Assembly: GCF_000148385.1 (NCBI RefSeq)
Contig: NC_014537.1
Location: 1,170,001-1,202,000, forward strand
From: Vulcanisaeta distributa DSM 14429
Lineage (GTDB): Archaea > Thermoproteota > Thermoprotei > Thermoproteales > Thermocladiaceae
Length of the DNA: 32,000 bases
Direction: 5' to 3'
Position numbers and translations under genes: made by a program. This document shows, piece after piece, positions 1 through 9,427 of this stretch; positions within the stretch are counted from its first letter, which is position 1, and each line of letters opens with the position of its first letter. Below the pieces are notes generated by a model. The model worked only from the letters and a program-made list of their open reading frames with translations. It searched no databases and had not been told where the DNA came from.

Positions 1-1
1 T

Positions 2-283
2 GTCGATGAGGTATTCAATAGGTTGGGTGCGGGTAGTGGATTAGTGGCTATTGGTATTGATGAGGTTAAAAAAGCACTTGAGTTTGGTGCGGTAGAGACG
101 TTGATAGTGCTTGACGAGACCTATAAGGAGAGGGGTGGTGAAATGAGGGAATTAGTTGGTATGGTGTTGAGGACGAGAGCTAACCTTGTGATAATACCGT
201 CAAGTACCGAGGGTGGTGAGAAATTGAGGGGCATTGGTGGTGTTGCCGCGTTGCTAAGGTTTCCTATTTCTTCTCAGCCTTAG
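2..283 (+). CDS. C-terminal fragment of a Pelota (Dom34)/aRF1-family protein (eRF1 domain 3); the 5' end lies outside the window
   Basis: The frame is open from nt 2 (VDEVFNRLGAGSGLVAIGIDEVKKALEFGAVETLIVLDE...EGGEKLRGIGGVAALLRFPI). The G-x-DEV-x-AL-x-GAV-x-LL block and the GGIAALLRF-type C-terminus are typical of archaeal Pelota and fit aRF1 less well. Confidence 0.65.
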   Translation, partial: VDEVFNRLGAGSGLVAIGIDEVKKALEFGAVETLIVLDETYKERGGEMRELVGMVLRTRANLVIIPSSTEGGEKLRGIGGVAALLRFPISSQP

Positions 284-665
284 TTATCTCGCTCTTTGGC
301 GACCCCTGGTTTATTATCTGCGTTATCTTATCATAAGCCTCCAGGATAAGTACCATTGACTTAACGAGTTCATTTATCCTATCAATGTCCTTAGTCTCTT
401 TAAGCTCGTTATTAATCATTACAAGTCTTTCATATAGCGTGTCTCTAATGTCCATGAGGCCGTACCTAATCATGACCTCCTTCTCCTCGGCATCGGACCT
501 AACGATGACCACGGGCCTATCACAATTCGCACAGTAGTACTCACCGGTTTTCAACCTTAGTAGCGGAGTACCGCAGACTGGGCATGTGTAGCTGGTCAGT
601 GTTGCCCCGGCCCTAATTAATTGCGCCATTTTCTTGGCAACCAAGTCCCTACTACTGACACTCAC
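264..665 (-). CDS. UPF0148 / Sjogren-syndrome-autoantigen-1-like zinc-ribbon protein
   Basis: MAQLIRAGATLTSYTCPVCGTPLLRLKTGEYYCANCDRPV has a CPxC...CxxC zinc ribbon preceded by a GATL helix, as in archaeal UPF0148 proteins. A TATA-like CTTATAAA (689-696, read on the minus strand) lies ~24 nt upstream of the start. The 3' end overlaps the Pelota-like gene by 20 nt (convergent). Confidence 0.7.
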   Translation of the reverse strand: MSVSSRDLVAKKMAQLIRAGATLTSYTCPVCGTPLLRLKTGEYYCANCDRPVVIVRSDAEEKEVMIRYGLMDIRDTLYERLVMINNELKETKDIDRINELVKSMVLILEAYDKITQIINQGSPKSEITKAEKK

Positions 666-752
666 GTTGCTAAACCTAATGCAACCTGCTTATAAACCCA
701 ACGAAGCAATGCCCAAGTTAAGTATTTTAAGGCCTTGATTAAACTCTTCGTT

Positions 753-806
753 AAGTGATGAGTGACATGCCATGTGACTGGTGATCGATCCTGGGGTACC
801 TGATCC
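753..806 (+). ncRNA. Candidate C/D-box sRNA (2'-O-methylation guide)
   Basis: C box GTGATGA is at 755-761, followed by a 12-nt spacer and a D'-like GTGA at 774-777. A degenerate C' TGATCG sits at 782-787, followed by a 12-nt spacer and D box CTGA at 800-803. A TATA-like TATTTTAA at 723-730 lies ~23 nt upstream of the predicted 5' end. The element sits in the gap between two minus-strand genes. The D' and C' boxes are imperfect. Confidence 0.4.
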
Positions 807-814
807 ATTGCCAA

Positions 815-2482
815 TTATTTCAATTGACCATAAGTCCTCCCAAGCCAGTATCCCCTTGCTATGGCTTTTCCTATTGATGGTTGGTCTCTGTAAACACTGT
901 GAATCACCACATCGGCCTTTACGGACTCTGGCGACTTTACGAACTCAACACCCAACTCCCTATACTTCTCCATCAATAGGTATGCCCTAGCCCTATCGAG
1001 ACCCCTAAACACATTATCCGTAACATAAACCTCATTACGCCTAACCCACTCAAATACGTAATCTTGATATGCATAGAGGTTGGAATCAAGGAGTATCCTC
1101 AAACCCCTGTAATCCTTAAACTCGGGTTGGCGTTCCTTAGGCACGGCATAAATAACATTACCTCCATCATCCTTAAACTCTGTGTTAAGATAAACCTTAA
1201 CGCCTAACCCCTTCAGCTCCCTCTCGTAATAATCCACAAGCCTCATGAATTCAGCCCTCTTATACGGATCCCTGATCTCATTAAGTTGTCCACCAAGCTT
1301 ATCACCCTTTTCATAAAGTTTCACATCAAAACCCCGTAAAGCCAATATACGTGCCGCCTCCATACCCATTAACCCACCACCAACGACAACGACTTCGCCG
1401 AACCCCTTAGGCGGTGTAGGAAGCAGTTCCCAACCAAGTTCTGGATTAACATCACACCTAACCTCCCTAGTGGCTAGTAACCTACATGATTGATTACACC
1501 TAATGCACGGCCTAATCGGCATGTTAAGCCTAACCTTAATCGGCCAATCAGGGTCAGCGAGTAATTGCCTGCCAATGACAACGGCATCCGCGACCTCAAG
1601 GACCTTCACGGCATCCTCTGGCGTAGAGATAGAGCCTACCAGGAATAGTGGTAATTTAGTCGTTGATCTAACAACCTTAGCCTCATCAATGAAGCTCGGT
1701 CTTTTATAGTAAAAGGGCATTGAGCTTCCCAATGGTCCGTCCCTACCAGCCGATAGATGAACGTAATCAAGTAATCCCTCAACCCTCTTAATAATTTTGG
1801 CAACCATCTCTGGTGTCAAGCCCTCGTTGTCGAACTCGGTAACTGAAATCCTCAGGCCAATGGGTATGGACACCACACTCCTAACCTCTTTAAGAAGCTC
1901 CTCAAGGAATATAACGCCATCCCTATACCTATCACTCCTCCTATTTACGGCCGGCGATAGAAATTGAGCTATTAAATATCCGTGCGCTCCATGAAGCTCA
2001 ATACCATCAAAACCACTCCTTTCAGCCCTAATGGCCGCCTTAACGAAATCATTAATGACCCTATTAATGTCATCCTCACTCATCTCCCTAACCGGTTCAA
2101 GCAATGGCACGTTAGATGGGGCTATCGGTGTATTATTCCATATTAAGTCCCTCCTGGTCTTCCTACCAACATGAACCAATTGAACGAATATTTTGGTCCC
2201 AGCATTATGAATAGCCTCCGTTAGCCTCGCGAACTTGGGTATTAGGTCATCGCTATATAGACCGAGTTGGTTCGGCGTACCCCTGGCATCAACCCTATTT
2301 ACATAGGTATACTCAGTTATTATTAAGCCAACGGAGGCCCTCCTAACGTAATACATTACTAACTCCTCTGTTGGGTAACCCTCGGGTGTTGCTAAGTTTG
2401 TGGCCATTGGTGACATGACGATCCTATTACTTAATTCGACGTCACCCACGGTGATTGGTTCAAATAATTTATTAAACGACAT
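815..2482 (-). CDS. Old-Yellow-Enzyme-family NADH:flavin oxidoreductase (2,4-dienoyl-CoA-reductase-like) with a Cys cluster and a C-terminal dinucleotide-binding domain
   Basis: The N-terminal TIM-barrel OYE motifs are present ([44 protein letters not shown]). There is a Cys cluster CIRCNQSC...C, then a Rossmann motif [14 protein letters not shown]. At 555 aa, the C-terminal domain is shorter than in full-length 2,4-dienoyl-CoA reductases. Confidence 0.85.
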   Translation of the reverse strand: MSFNKLFEPITVGDVELSNRIVMSPMATNLATPEGYPTEELVMYYVRRASVGLIITEYTYVNRVDARGTPNQLGLYSDDLIPKFARLTEAIHNAGTKIFVQLVHVGRKTRRDLIWNNTPIAPSNVPLLEPVREMSEDDINRVINDFVKAAIRAERSGFDGIELHGAHGYLIAQFLSPAVNRRSDRYRDGVIFLEELLKEVRSVVSIPIGLRISVTEFDNEGLTPEMVAKIIKRVEGLLDYVHLSAGRDGPLGSSMPFYYKRPSFIDEAKVVRSTTKLPLFLVGSISTPEDAVKVLEVADAVVIGRQLLADPDWPIKVRLNMPIRPCIRCNQSCRLLATREVRCDVNPELGWELLPTPPKGFGEVVVVGGGLMGMEAARILALRGFDVKLYEKGDKLGGQLNEIRDPYKRAEFMRLVDYYERELKGLGVKVYLNTEFKDDGGNVIYAVPKERQPEFKDYRGLRILLDSNLYAYQDYVFEWVRRNEVYVTDNVFRGLDRARAYLLMEKYRELGVEFVKSPESVKADVVIHSVYRDQPSIGKAIARGYWLGRTYGQLK

Positions 2483-2605
2483 AGCTCATTGCGTTAGGGC
2501 GTAGTTGGGATATAAAGCACCCGCCCCTATTCATAAATTATTGATCCTTACGACTCTTAAAATTAGCCGGGATAAGTTAATAATGGGAGTTGGTAATGCC
2601 AATAC

Positions 2606-3448
2606 GTGGAGTATAGGGTATTTGGCAAGACCGGTGTTAAGGTATCCATAATAGGCATGGGCACGTATTACGACCCGGGCTGGATAGTATTATCAAGGCT
2701 CGGTATAAGACCTGGTTACGAGAGAAAGCTCAAGGCCTTAAGAGTTGGTCTAGAGGGAGGCATCAACTTCATAGATACGGCGGAGATATATGGGTCGGAA
2801 CCGCTGGTTGGCGAGGCTATTAAGGGTTTTAACAGGGAGGAATTGTTCATAGCCACTAAGGTCTGGCCAACACATCTTAGGTATGATGCCGTCATTAAGG
2901 CTGCGAAAAGAAGCCTTGAAAGGCTCGGTGTTAAGTACATAGACCTATACCAAATACACTTCCCTAATAGGAGAGTCCCAATCACGGAGACCATGAGAGC
3001 CATGGAGTATTTAGTCGATAGTGGCTTAATAAGGTTCATAGGACTTAGTAACTTCAGTCTTAATCAAATTATTGAAGCTCAGAATGCACTGAAGAAGTAC
3101 GAAATCGTCTCCATCCAAATGCCCTATAGCCTAATGGATAGGAGAATTGAGAATGACATAATACCGTATGCGAGGAAAAATGGCATGGCAGTGATAGCGT
3201 ATTACCCACTTGGTCATGGAAAACTCATTAGTAGGTTTCCAAGGGATGCCCTGGAAATGATAAGTAGGAACCATGGTCAAAAGACCGTAGCCCAAATAGT
3301 GCTTAATTGGATAATTAGTAAGCAGGAACATGTATTTCCAATACCTAGAGCCTCGAATCCTGACCATGTTGGGGAGAATCTAGGCGTTGCTGGTTGGAGA
3401 TTAACTGAGGATGAAATCAAATACCTTGAGAGCATTAAGTTTTCCTAG
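2606..3448 (+). CDS. Aldo/keto reductase family oxidoreductase
   Basis: It has the AKR hallmarks GMGTY...GINFIDTAEIYGSE, LFIATKVW, YIDLYQIHFP and IGLSNF. The start codon is GTG. Confidence 0.9.
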   Translation: MEYRVFGKTGVKVSIIGMGTYYDPGWIVLSRLGIRPGYERKLKALRVGLEGGINFIDTAEIYGSEPLVGEAIKGFNREELFIATKVWPTHLRYDAVIKAAKRSLERLGVKYIDLYQIHFPNRRVPITETMRAMEYLVDSGLIRFIGLSNFSLNQIIEAQNALKKYEIVSIQMPYSLMDRRIENDIIPYARKNGMAVIAYYPLGHGKLISRFPRDALEMISRNHGQKTVAQIVLNWIISKQEHVFPIPRASNPDHVGENLGVAGWRLTEDEIKYLESIKFS

Positions 3449-3499
3449 TTATGGATAGAGCGTTATTAATTTAAGTGCGTTCGTAATTACGAAGAATGT

Positions 3500-4273
3500 A
3501 TGTCCTCTATTCAATTTAATAAAATAATGCTTTGGAATGAGGAGGGAATTGGCGTCATCGCCATTAATAATGGTCCAGAAAATGCCCTTAGCCTTGACGT
3601 AATAATGCAGCTGACAACAGCATTAACAGTGGCTAATAACGATAATGGTATTAATTGGGTGGTCATTACAGGGACCGGCGGCTCATTCTTTACCGTTGGT
3701 ATCCCCTGGGATTCCATAACGCCTGACTATGCCTCAATTAAGGAGTTAGTGAGGGGCATTAAAGCCCTAGTCTCTGTCATAGCTGTTATGGATAAACCCG
3801 TAATAACAATACTCAATGGGTCAGCGATGGGTTTAGGGATGGAACTAGCCCTTGTGAGTGACCTGGTGATAGCTCCGCCTGACGTGTATATGTGCTATCC
3901 AGAGGGTATTGTTGGCATACCAATGCCGCTTGGGGCTAAGGTTATTCTTGAGAGGATGCCCAGGTATAAAGCAATAGACGTGCTCACTGGATCACCCCTG
4001 GCGATTACTGAGGCTGCTAATTATGGGATTGTTCATATAATCAATAGAGAAAATCTTTTCGGAGATGCTAAGAACATCATTAAAGGTCTGAGGTTACAAC
4101 CACCCATAAGGCATCAACTGGTTGATTGGGTTAAGGCAGGCATTAACGCCATAGACTCGTTATATCTAGATGCGGTAGTATCAACATTAATGGACCAGGG
4201 CAGGCGTAATGAATTATTAAAGGCCGTAAAAAATGCAAGGTTAAAATGCGTCTCTAAGTATAAGGGTACGTGA
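3500..4273 (+). CDS. Enoyl-CoA hydratase/isomerase (crotonase) family protein
   Basis: GVIAINNGPENALS...VVITGTGGSFFTVG...PVITILNGSAMGLGMELALVSDLVIA matches the crotonase oxyanion-hole and fold motifs. Confidence 0.8.
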   Translation: MSSIQFNKIMLWNEEGIGVIAINNGPENALSLDVIMQLTTALTVANNDNGINWVVITGTGGSFFTVGIPWDSITPDYASIKELVRGIKALVSVIAVMDKPVITILNGSAMGLGMELALVSDLVIAPPDVYMCYPEGIVGIPMPLGAKVILERMPRYKAIDVLTGSPLAITEAANYGIVHIINRENLFGDAKNIIKGLRLQPPIRHQLVDWVKAGINAIDSLYLDAVVSTLMDQGRRNELLKAVKNARLKCVSKYKGT

Positions 4274-4306
4274 TTTTTTAAGTGAAGGGTCTGGATCAAC
4301 TTTGAT

Positions 4307-5737
4307 TTAAATATAGTTTGTATAGAAGTAACTAAATATTGATGCCGATAACAATAACAACGCAGCACCCCATGAAACCCCTATGAATGGTCCATCACTT
4401 ATTGGGTTCAGGGCAAGCGATAATGCTATGATTATTATTGCCAAAATAGCCGTTACATAACCAATAATTGATGCCGCCGGCTTACTCAATACCCATGAGG
4501 TGGATTTGGCGCTTTCCGCCTTACCTCCGTTTAAAGCCTTATCCCTAACACTAACCCAAGATCTATGGGCCACGTATATGCCGGCGATTATTATTACTAA
4601 CGGCGGCAGCATCACGAGGGTAGCCCATGACGGGTTAACAGGCACTCCAGGCTGTATTGCACTCCACACGCTTAGTTCGATGAGCCAGGTTAAGCCGATT
4701 AGGGCTAGGGCGAGGATACCTGGCCTATCAAGTGGATGTAGCTTATCGTTCCTATCTAATGCGGGTATTATCAGTAGTATTATTACTGGAACAATCATTG
4801 ACAGTACTTCATCAATCTTAAGCCCAAAGGGCATGTCGAGCATCTTATAAATAAATAGGAAGAACCAGGGTGGATAGGCTGGTACTGCGGCGGCCTGGGG
4901 ACTAGTCGGCGATGGCCCTGGATGTGGCGAAAAGAGTATTGGTATGCTTGGATAAACACTGGGAAGTGCCAGTATTGATGGTATGAGTATTATTATTCCC
5001 CAGGTCATAAAAACTAATGCAACCATGTATATGAAGTTCCTGGGCCACCAAGGCGGTAAATCGTTATTATTCTTATTAATTACAGCTGGAGCCTTATACC
5101 CAGCATCTTTTAACCTCGGCATTAATCCATTCTCCTCAGCCAGGTAGAAGTGGAGTAGGAATAGTAGTATTATGGCCGCAGCTATGGTTATGTGCCAGGC
5201 TAGAAGCCTTGAGAAGAGATCGAGCTCTGTGCCATTGCCGAAGACGATAGGTATTAATGACTGTAAGCCTAATGCCGTTAATAACCCTCTACCTACGTCC
5301 ACAGCGTCGGTAGCCAATACGTCCCCAGTCAGTGAATACCCAATAAATGCTACGCCGAGGGTTAATACGAACATTAATACACCAAGCACCCACTGGAATC
5401 CCCTTGGTTTCTTATAACCACCCTTAAGCATTACGTAAAGTCCATGCATGTATACGGCGAATATCATGATGTAAGCGCCGTATAGGTGTGATGAGAGTAT
5501 TATTGAGCCAAAGGGTACGTTATGTATTATCGACATTGTTGAGTTGTACGCATTGCTTGGTTCATAATAGAATAGAAGCAGCAACCCAGTTAGTACCTGC
5601 CAGGCAAGTGCGCTGGCTGAGATCCCGCCAAGCCAATACTCAATACTAAACATGTAATTAGGTACGCCCATGAAGGGCACATCCTTAAGGTGCAGAAGTT
5701 CGGCGAACCAATCTGTGAAGTCCCTCCTCTCGCCCAT
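4307..5737 (-). CDS. soxN: Cytochrome b subunit of an archaeal bc1-analogous complex (SoxN/SoxC-like), polytopic membrane protein
   Basis: It is a multi-TM protein with a cytochrome b N-terminal signature (WLGGISASALAWQVLTGLLLLFYYEPS; His-containing helices SSHLYGAYIMIFAVYMHG and LLAWHITIAA). It sits 4 nt downstream of a Rieske gene on the same strand. Confidence 0.75.
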   Translation of the reverse strand: MGERRDFTDWFAELLHLKDVPFMGVPNYMFSIEYWLGGISASALAWQVLTGLLLLFYYEPSNAYNSTMSIIHNVPFGSIILSSHLYGAYIMIFAVYMHGLYVMLKGGYKKPRGFQWVLGVLMFVLTLGVAFIGYSLTGDVLATDAVDVGRGLLTALGLQSLIPIVFGNGTELDLFSRLLAWHITIAAAIILLFLLHFYLAEENGLMPRLKDAGYKAPAVINKNNNDLPPWWPRNFIYMVALVFMTWGIIILIPSILALPSVYPSIPILFSPHPGPSPTSPQAAAVPAYPPWFFLFIYKMLDMPFGLKIDEVLSMIVPVIILLIIPALDRNDKLHPLDRPGILALALIGLTWLIELSVWSAIQPGVPVNPSWATLVMLPPLVIIIAGIYVAHRSWVSVRDKALNGGKAESAKSTSWVLSKPAASIIGYVTAILAIIIIALSLALNPISDGPFIGVSWGAALLLLSASIFSYFYTNYI

Positions 5738-5741
5738 GATA

Positions 5742-6533
5742 TCACCCCGTTATTGCTGGGTTTGTGTGCATTGTTACGGCGGTTGATGTCCCACTAATTG
5801 GTGATCCACCCTGTAAGTCGCCTAATGGATTGTTTACAACATCCTGTGTTGGGTTGTTGTATCCTGGGTGTCCGTAGATTACTGGTCCTACCATCTTGAC
5901 TGCGTAGAGTTGGTCGGTGCTCGGGTCCCACTCGAGGACCACCGCCGGCAACGGCCTAACAGTAGGACCAGTAACCACAGCACCACCCAAATAAGGATCA
6001 TAAGTAGAACCATGGCATGAGCAGTGAAGCACCTTATCCTTAGGACCTAATGCCGTGATTGTTTTATACCCAGGTGGGTAAAATGTGAGTTCCGGGAATG
6101 TACAGCCTAGGTGTTGACAGATTGCGCTGAAGGCTACTATGGACTTGCTTGGGCCGACACCACCAGGAAACTCATACTTAACACCATTCTGTGGAATAAC
6201 CACCGTGGTTGGTGGCACCTCGACTGGTTGATTATTGTCATTGCCAAGGTTTAATAGGAAATTGGGCTCATTATTGAGTGGGTATGGGAATAGGGCTATT
6301 GTTGGTTGGGCATTGACAGGTAACTTACTTGCCTTTATTGGGTTGCCATTCTCATCAACAAGCAATAATCTTGGAAATGAGCTAATGCCTATTGATGGCG
6401 GCATAAGGTACTCAAGGCCCCTAAGCATCCCAAGAACAACAGCGGCACCGGAGATGAATAACATGGCCTTAAGGAAGTCTCTTCTACCCATTGATAGGCC
6501 ACCATTGTTACGGCTGCTCCTTTCACTCATCAC
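5742..6533 (-). CDS. soxL: Rieske [2Fe-2S] protein with a Tat signal (SoxL-like)
   Basis: It has a twin-arginine signal (GRRDFLKAMLFISGAAVV) and the Rieske boxes CQHLGC and CSCHGS. The start codon is GTG, with a TATA-like TTTATAAG (6554-6561, minus sense) ~21 nt upstream. Confidence 0.85.
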   Translation of the reverse strand: MMSERSSRNNGGLSMGRRDFLKAMLFISGAAVVLGMLRGLEYLMPPSIGISSFPRLLLVDENGNPIKASKLPVNAQPTIALFPYPLNNEPNFLLNLGNDNNQPVEVPPTTVVIPQNGVKYEFPGGVGPSKSIVAFSAICQHLGCTFPELTFYPPGYKTITALGPKDKVLHCSCHGSTYDPYLGGAVVTGPTVRPLPAVVLEWDPSTDQLYAVKMVGPVIYGHPGYNNPTQDVVNNPLGDLQGGSPISGTSTAVTMHTNPAITG

Positions 6534-6577
6534 TAACGGTACTTAATACTTACCTTATAAATTTTACTTAAATGTTA

Positions 6578-6632
6578 TTATCCCAATTTTATCCCAATTT
6601 ATTCCTAATTAACACCTATTTTTATCCCTATA
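6578..6632. promoter_or_regulatory. Array of TTATCCC-type direct repeats between the divergent soxL and cbsA core promoters
   Basis: There is a perfect tandem TTATCCCAATT at 6578-6588 and 6589-6599. A degenerate third unit TATTCCTAATT is at 6600-6610, and a further TTATCCCTA lies at about 6622-6630. The array is flanked by the two TATA-like boxes (6554-6561 and 6649-6656). Confidence 0.4.
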
Positions 6633-6675
6633 TCAACATATGATAAGACTTAAATACCAGGATTAATCCCAACGT

Positions 6676-8019
6676 ATGATGAGGATCGGGCTAAGACTGG
6701 CTACAATACTTGCGATAGCCCTGGTCATAATAGTGGGTGTGCTAGCCATGGTATACCCAGTCCCATTGGCCCAGGCGCCATCGGGTATCGTGGCTTATAA
6801 GGTTGTTGGCAGCGCCAACTTAGCAGCACCAGGTACCGAAAGCTTCTGGAAGGAAATACCCGCATACAACGTATCCCTTGTGCCGAACTTATCGACGCAG
6901 ATGATACCAATTAGCTACAACGTACCAACATCAGGGTTAGTACCCTACGTATTAGTTAAGGCAGCATGGAATGGCACGGACATAATCATCCTATTGGAGT
7001 GGCCAGACCCGTATGGGCCAAGCTACGCAGGCCCTGCGGCAATAGCGGGCCCTGGTCACTGGCCCGTTGTTTATAATCCAAATGGGCCCCTTAACATGAC
7101 ATTCCTAAAGCTACTAACTGGTACGTTCCATAAGAAGTACTTCGTAATTAATGCAAGTTATGCGGTGATTAAGGGTTCGCCAAGACCGATGGAGTACGTA
7201 CTTGCTTATTTAGCTCCTCATTATGGTGTTTACTTCTATGGATATTACGTTAATTTAACGGACGGTCATTATTACCCTGATAGGGTAGCCATAATGTGGT
7301 ATATGGGTTCGCAGCAAAGTCCAAGCGATTGCATGAACATAGGCGGTCCGCACCCAGGTTATAAGATACCTGGTGAGCTTGGTCAACTTGCCCAGGCGTA
7401 TTTAGGGACAAACGTGGAGGAATACACAGGTGGCTCTCTGAGCTCTGGTGCAGCCAATATTTGGGAATGGATCTCAGGAGCCACTGACCCGCAGGGTGAT
7501 AACTTCAATTACTTCACTAATGTAACGTGGGACGTGGAGAACGGCATCGACCCAGCAGCTGCGCAACAATTTGCGTCAAATCCGCATGGGTTCTTCATAA
7601 ACTTATTCGTTAATCAGACGGGGCTTTATGACGTAGGCGATGGAGGTATTTGGTACCCAAATGCCACAGGCCCTGAGCCCGGTTACTTCAGTGGGTATAC
7701 TGGCGCTGTTTATGAGAATGGTTATTGGATAGTGGAGTTCGTTAGGCCGTTATCAGCGCCAATGCCCGATACGATAAACCTGGTGCCGGGTCAGACATAC
7801 GATGTTGCCTTCGCAGTTTGGATTGGCAAGGCCGGTGAGACCTCCTGGGATAAGTCAATATCGCCAAGCTTTATACCACTGACTATCTCCACATCGCCAC
7901 CACCATCACACGCTGTATCGGCAATACCCGCGGCGGTCTTAACGGTGGCTGTGATAGGGATAGTAATAGCGGTGGTGGCCATAGGCCTCGTATACTACTC
8001 AATAAGGAGGAGAGGGTGA
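6676..8019 (+). CDS. cbsA: Membrane-anchored extracellular glycoprotein, CbsA-like (candidate cytochrome b558/566 subunit A)
   Basis: It has an N-terminal TM/signal, a C-terminal TM followed by RRRG, and 9 N-x-S/T sequons. It lies next to a hydrophobic partner and divergent from the Rieske/cytochrome b pair, which matches the content of the Sulfolobus cbsAB-soxLN locus. A TATA-like CTTAAATA is at 6649-6656. The assignment is by architecture and context, not by an alignment I could run. Confidence 0.55.
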   Translation: MMRIGLRLATILAIALVIIVGVLAMVYPVPLAQAPSGIVAYKVVGSANLAAPGTESFWKEIPAYNVSLVPNLSTQMIPISYNVPTSGLVPYVLVKAAWNGTDIIILLEWPDPYGPSYAGPAAIAGPGHWPVVYNPNGPLNMTFLKLLTGTFHKKYFVINASYAVIKGSPRPMEYVLAYLAPHYGVYFYGYYVNLTDGHYYPDRVAIMWYMGSQQSPSDCMNIGGPHPGYKIPGELGQLAQAYLGTNVEEYTGGSLSSGAANIWEWISGATDPQGDNFNYFTNVTWDVENGIDPAAAQQFASNPHGFFINLFVNQTGLYDVGDGGIWYPNATGPEPGYFSGYTGAVYENGYWIVEFVRPLSAPMPDTINLVPGQTYDVAFAVWIGKAGETSWDKSISPSFIPLTISTSPPPSHAVSAIPAAVLTVAVIGIVIAVVAIGLVYYSIRRRG

Positions 8020-8028
8020 TTGAGCTAA

Positions 8029-9063
8029 ATGGATGCTAACATTATTAGTGGTAAAAATCATAACTATGTTCACGGAGTACTCAATAGAGATCAAACAGTA
8101 TTGGTGGCGTTATTCTCGGTATTATTTATCCTCTACTTCATATTTAGGGAGTTCCTATTCTACGTTGCGCCATTCATGCCAAGTACTGGTATTAATATGG
8201 CTGATCTAGAGCTCATTGGTACATTCTCTGTGTTTGGGCTTGAGGTGGTTATACCATTCATGCTATACTTCATTAGAATACCACTTAGTAGGATTTACTT
8301 CCTGGTCACCGTGTTAATGCTGTGGGGAGGCACATTACTCAGTATTCTTTATCCAATGTATTACATGACTATTCCATGGGTAATAGGTAGTCTCGTCTAT
8401 GCTGCGTTGACCGTATTATCGCTAATAGCACTAGTCTATGAATTGAGAATTAAATCGTTGCCATTAGCACCACTAATTCTTCTTCAATTAATATCTCTAG
8501 CACTATACATCGCTAACGTATTAACGGAATACTTCGCATTTTCCCTAGGTGGATTAAGCCCATACCTAGTCTACCCAATGCTCTATCTAGCAGGTATTGG
8601 AGGTGTAGTACTTCTCATATATAGTATATACATATTAATTATTAATAGAATCAATACAAAGTTGATTTTGGGCTATGTGTCGGCGGCCGTACTAGGCCTA
8701 TTGATGGCATATCCCCTTTACTCATTGACAATTTATAATAGCTTCATGTCCCACATAATGTCCATGGTATTTGCCATGGGTTTAGGAATACTCGCACCTC
8801 CATCCTCAATGCCATTGATTGCGGTATTTATTGGGATTTACACGTATTCAATAATTGCCCTGGTAATAAGCGGCATAATGAATAAGATGCCCATGCATTA
8901 CTTAATTGCCGTTGCCTCACTTATCTACGTGACCACCGCATTCATAGAGCATGCAATAATCGTAATATTTGCTGCAGTACTAACAATAACCAACCTAATG
9001 ATATACCTAAGCATCACCAGTAAGGCACAGGCCATGGGTAATGACCATGCGGATATTTCATAG
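8029..9063 (+). CDS. cbsB: Highly hydrophobic polytopic membrane protein, CbsB-like
   Basis: It has roughly 9-10 predicted TM helices and almost no soluble segments. It starts 9 nt after the CbsA-like gene. Confidence 0.5.
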   Translation: MDANIISGKNHNYVHGVLNRDQTVLVALFSVLFILYFIFREFLFYVAPFMPSTGINMADLELIGTFSVFGLEVVIPFMLYFIRIPLSRIYFLVTVLMLWGGTLLSILYPMYYMTIPWVIGSLVYAALTVLSLIALVYELRIKSLPLAPLILLQLISLALYIANVLTEYFAFSLGGLSPYLVYPMLYLAGIGGVVLLIYSIYILIINRINTKLILGYVSAAVLGLLMAYPLYSLTIYNSFMSHIMSMVFAMGLGILAPPSSMPLIAVFIGIYTYSIIALVISGIMNKMPMHYLIAVASLIYVTTAFIEHAIIVIFAAVLTITNLMIYLSITSKAQAMGNDHADIS

Positions 9064-9427
9064 ATACCTAGTTTACGTAACCAAGGATGTAGGTAGGAGG
9101 GTTAGGTATCCGGGATCAGTGAGACTATGTAATAATGAGGGTAGGGTATTAAGGCTTAGGTTGAGGTATGGCGGACCATTCACTAAGACGGGGCTTGAGA
9201 ATTACGTAACCTACGTAGCACTCGTTAGTAATGATATTATTGTAAGTAATAAGTCTATTGAAAGCGAAGCATTTCAACTAAGTCCTGGCGAGTGCATTAA
9301 CTTTGACGTTGAGTATGAGGTAAGTGGTGAATTGGCTGATGAATTGGATTTTGTTAAGCTTAAGATGATTAATGATGGCTTGCTTAGCGTTGGTGGTTTT
9401 CAATTCGACGTAATTACTGAGGATTAG
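9041..9427 (+). CDS. Hypothetical soluble protein (128 aa)
   Basis: The ORF overlaps the 3' end of the CbsB-like gene by 23 nt, which suggests co-transcription. I recognise no motif. By position it could correspond to the small extra gene that follows the Sulfolobus cluster, but that is speculative. Confidence 0.45.
   Translation: MTMRIFHRYLVYVTKDVGRRVRYPGSVRLCNNEGRVLRLRLRYGGPFTKTGLENYVTYVALVSNDIIVSNKSIESEAFQLSPGECINFDVEYEVSGELADELDFVKLKMINDGLLSVGGFQFDVITED

Noticed and set aside
781-1709. Plus-strand ORFs 781-990 and 1503-1709 lie opposite the OYE-family gene.
   Set aside because: They are antisense to a confidently identified flavoenzyme gene and have an unprotein-like composition. The 5' end of 781-990 is better explained by the candidate C/D sRNA.
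2716-3717. Minus-strand ORFs 2716-3039, 3131-3367 and 3511-3717 lie opposite the aldo/keto reductase and crotonase genes.
   Set aside because: They are shadow ORFs within well-supported genes and carry no motifs.
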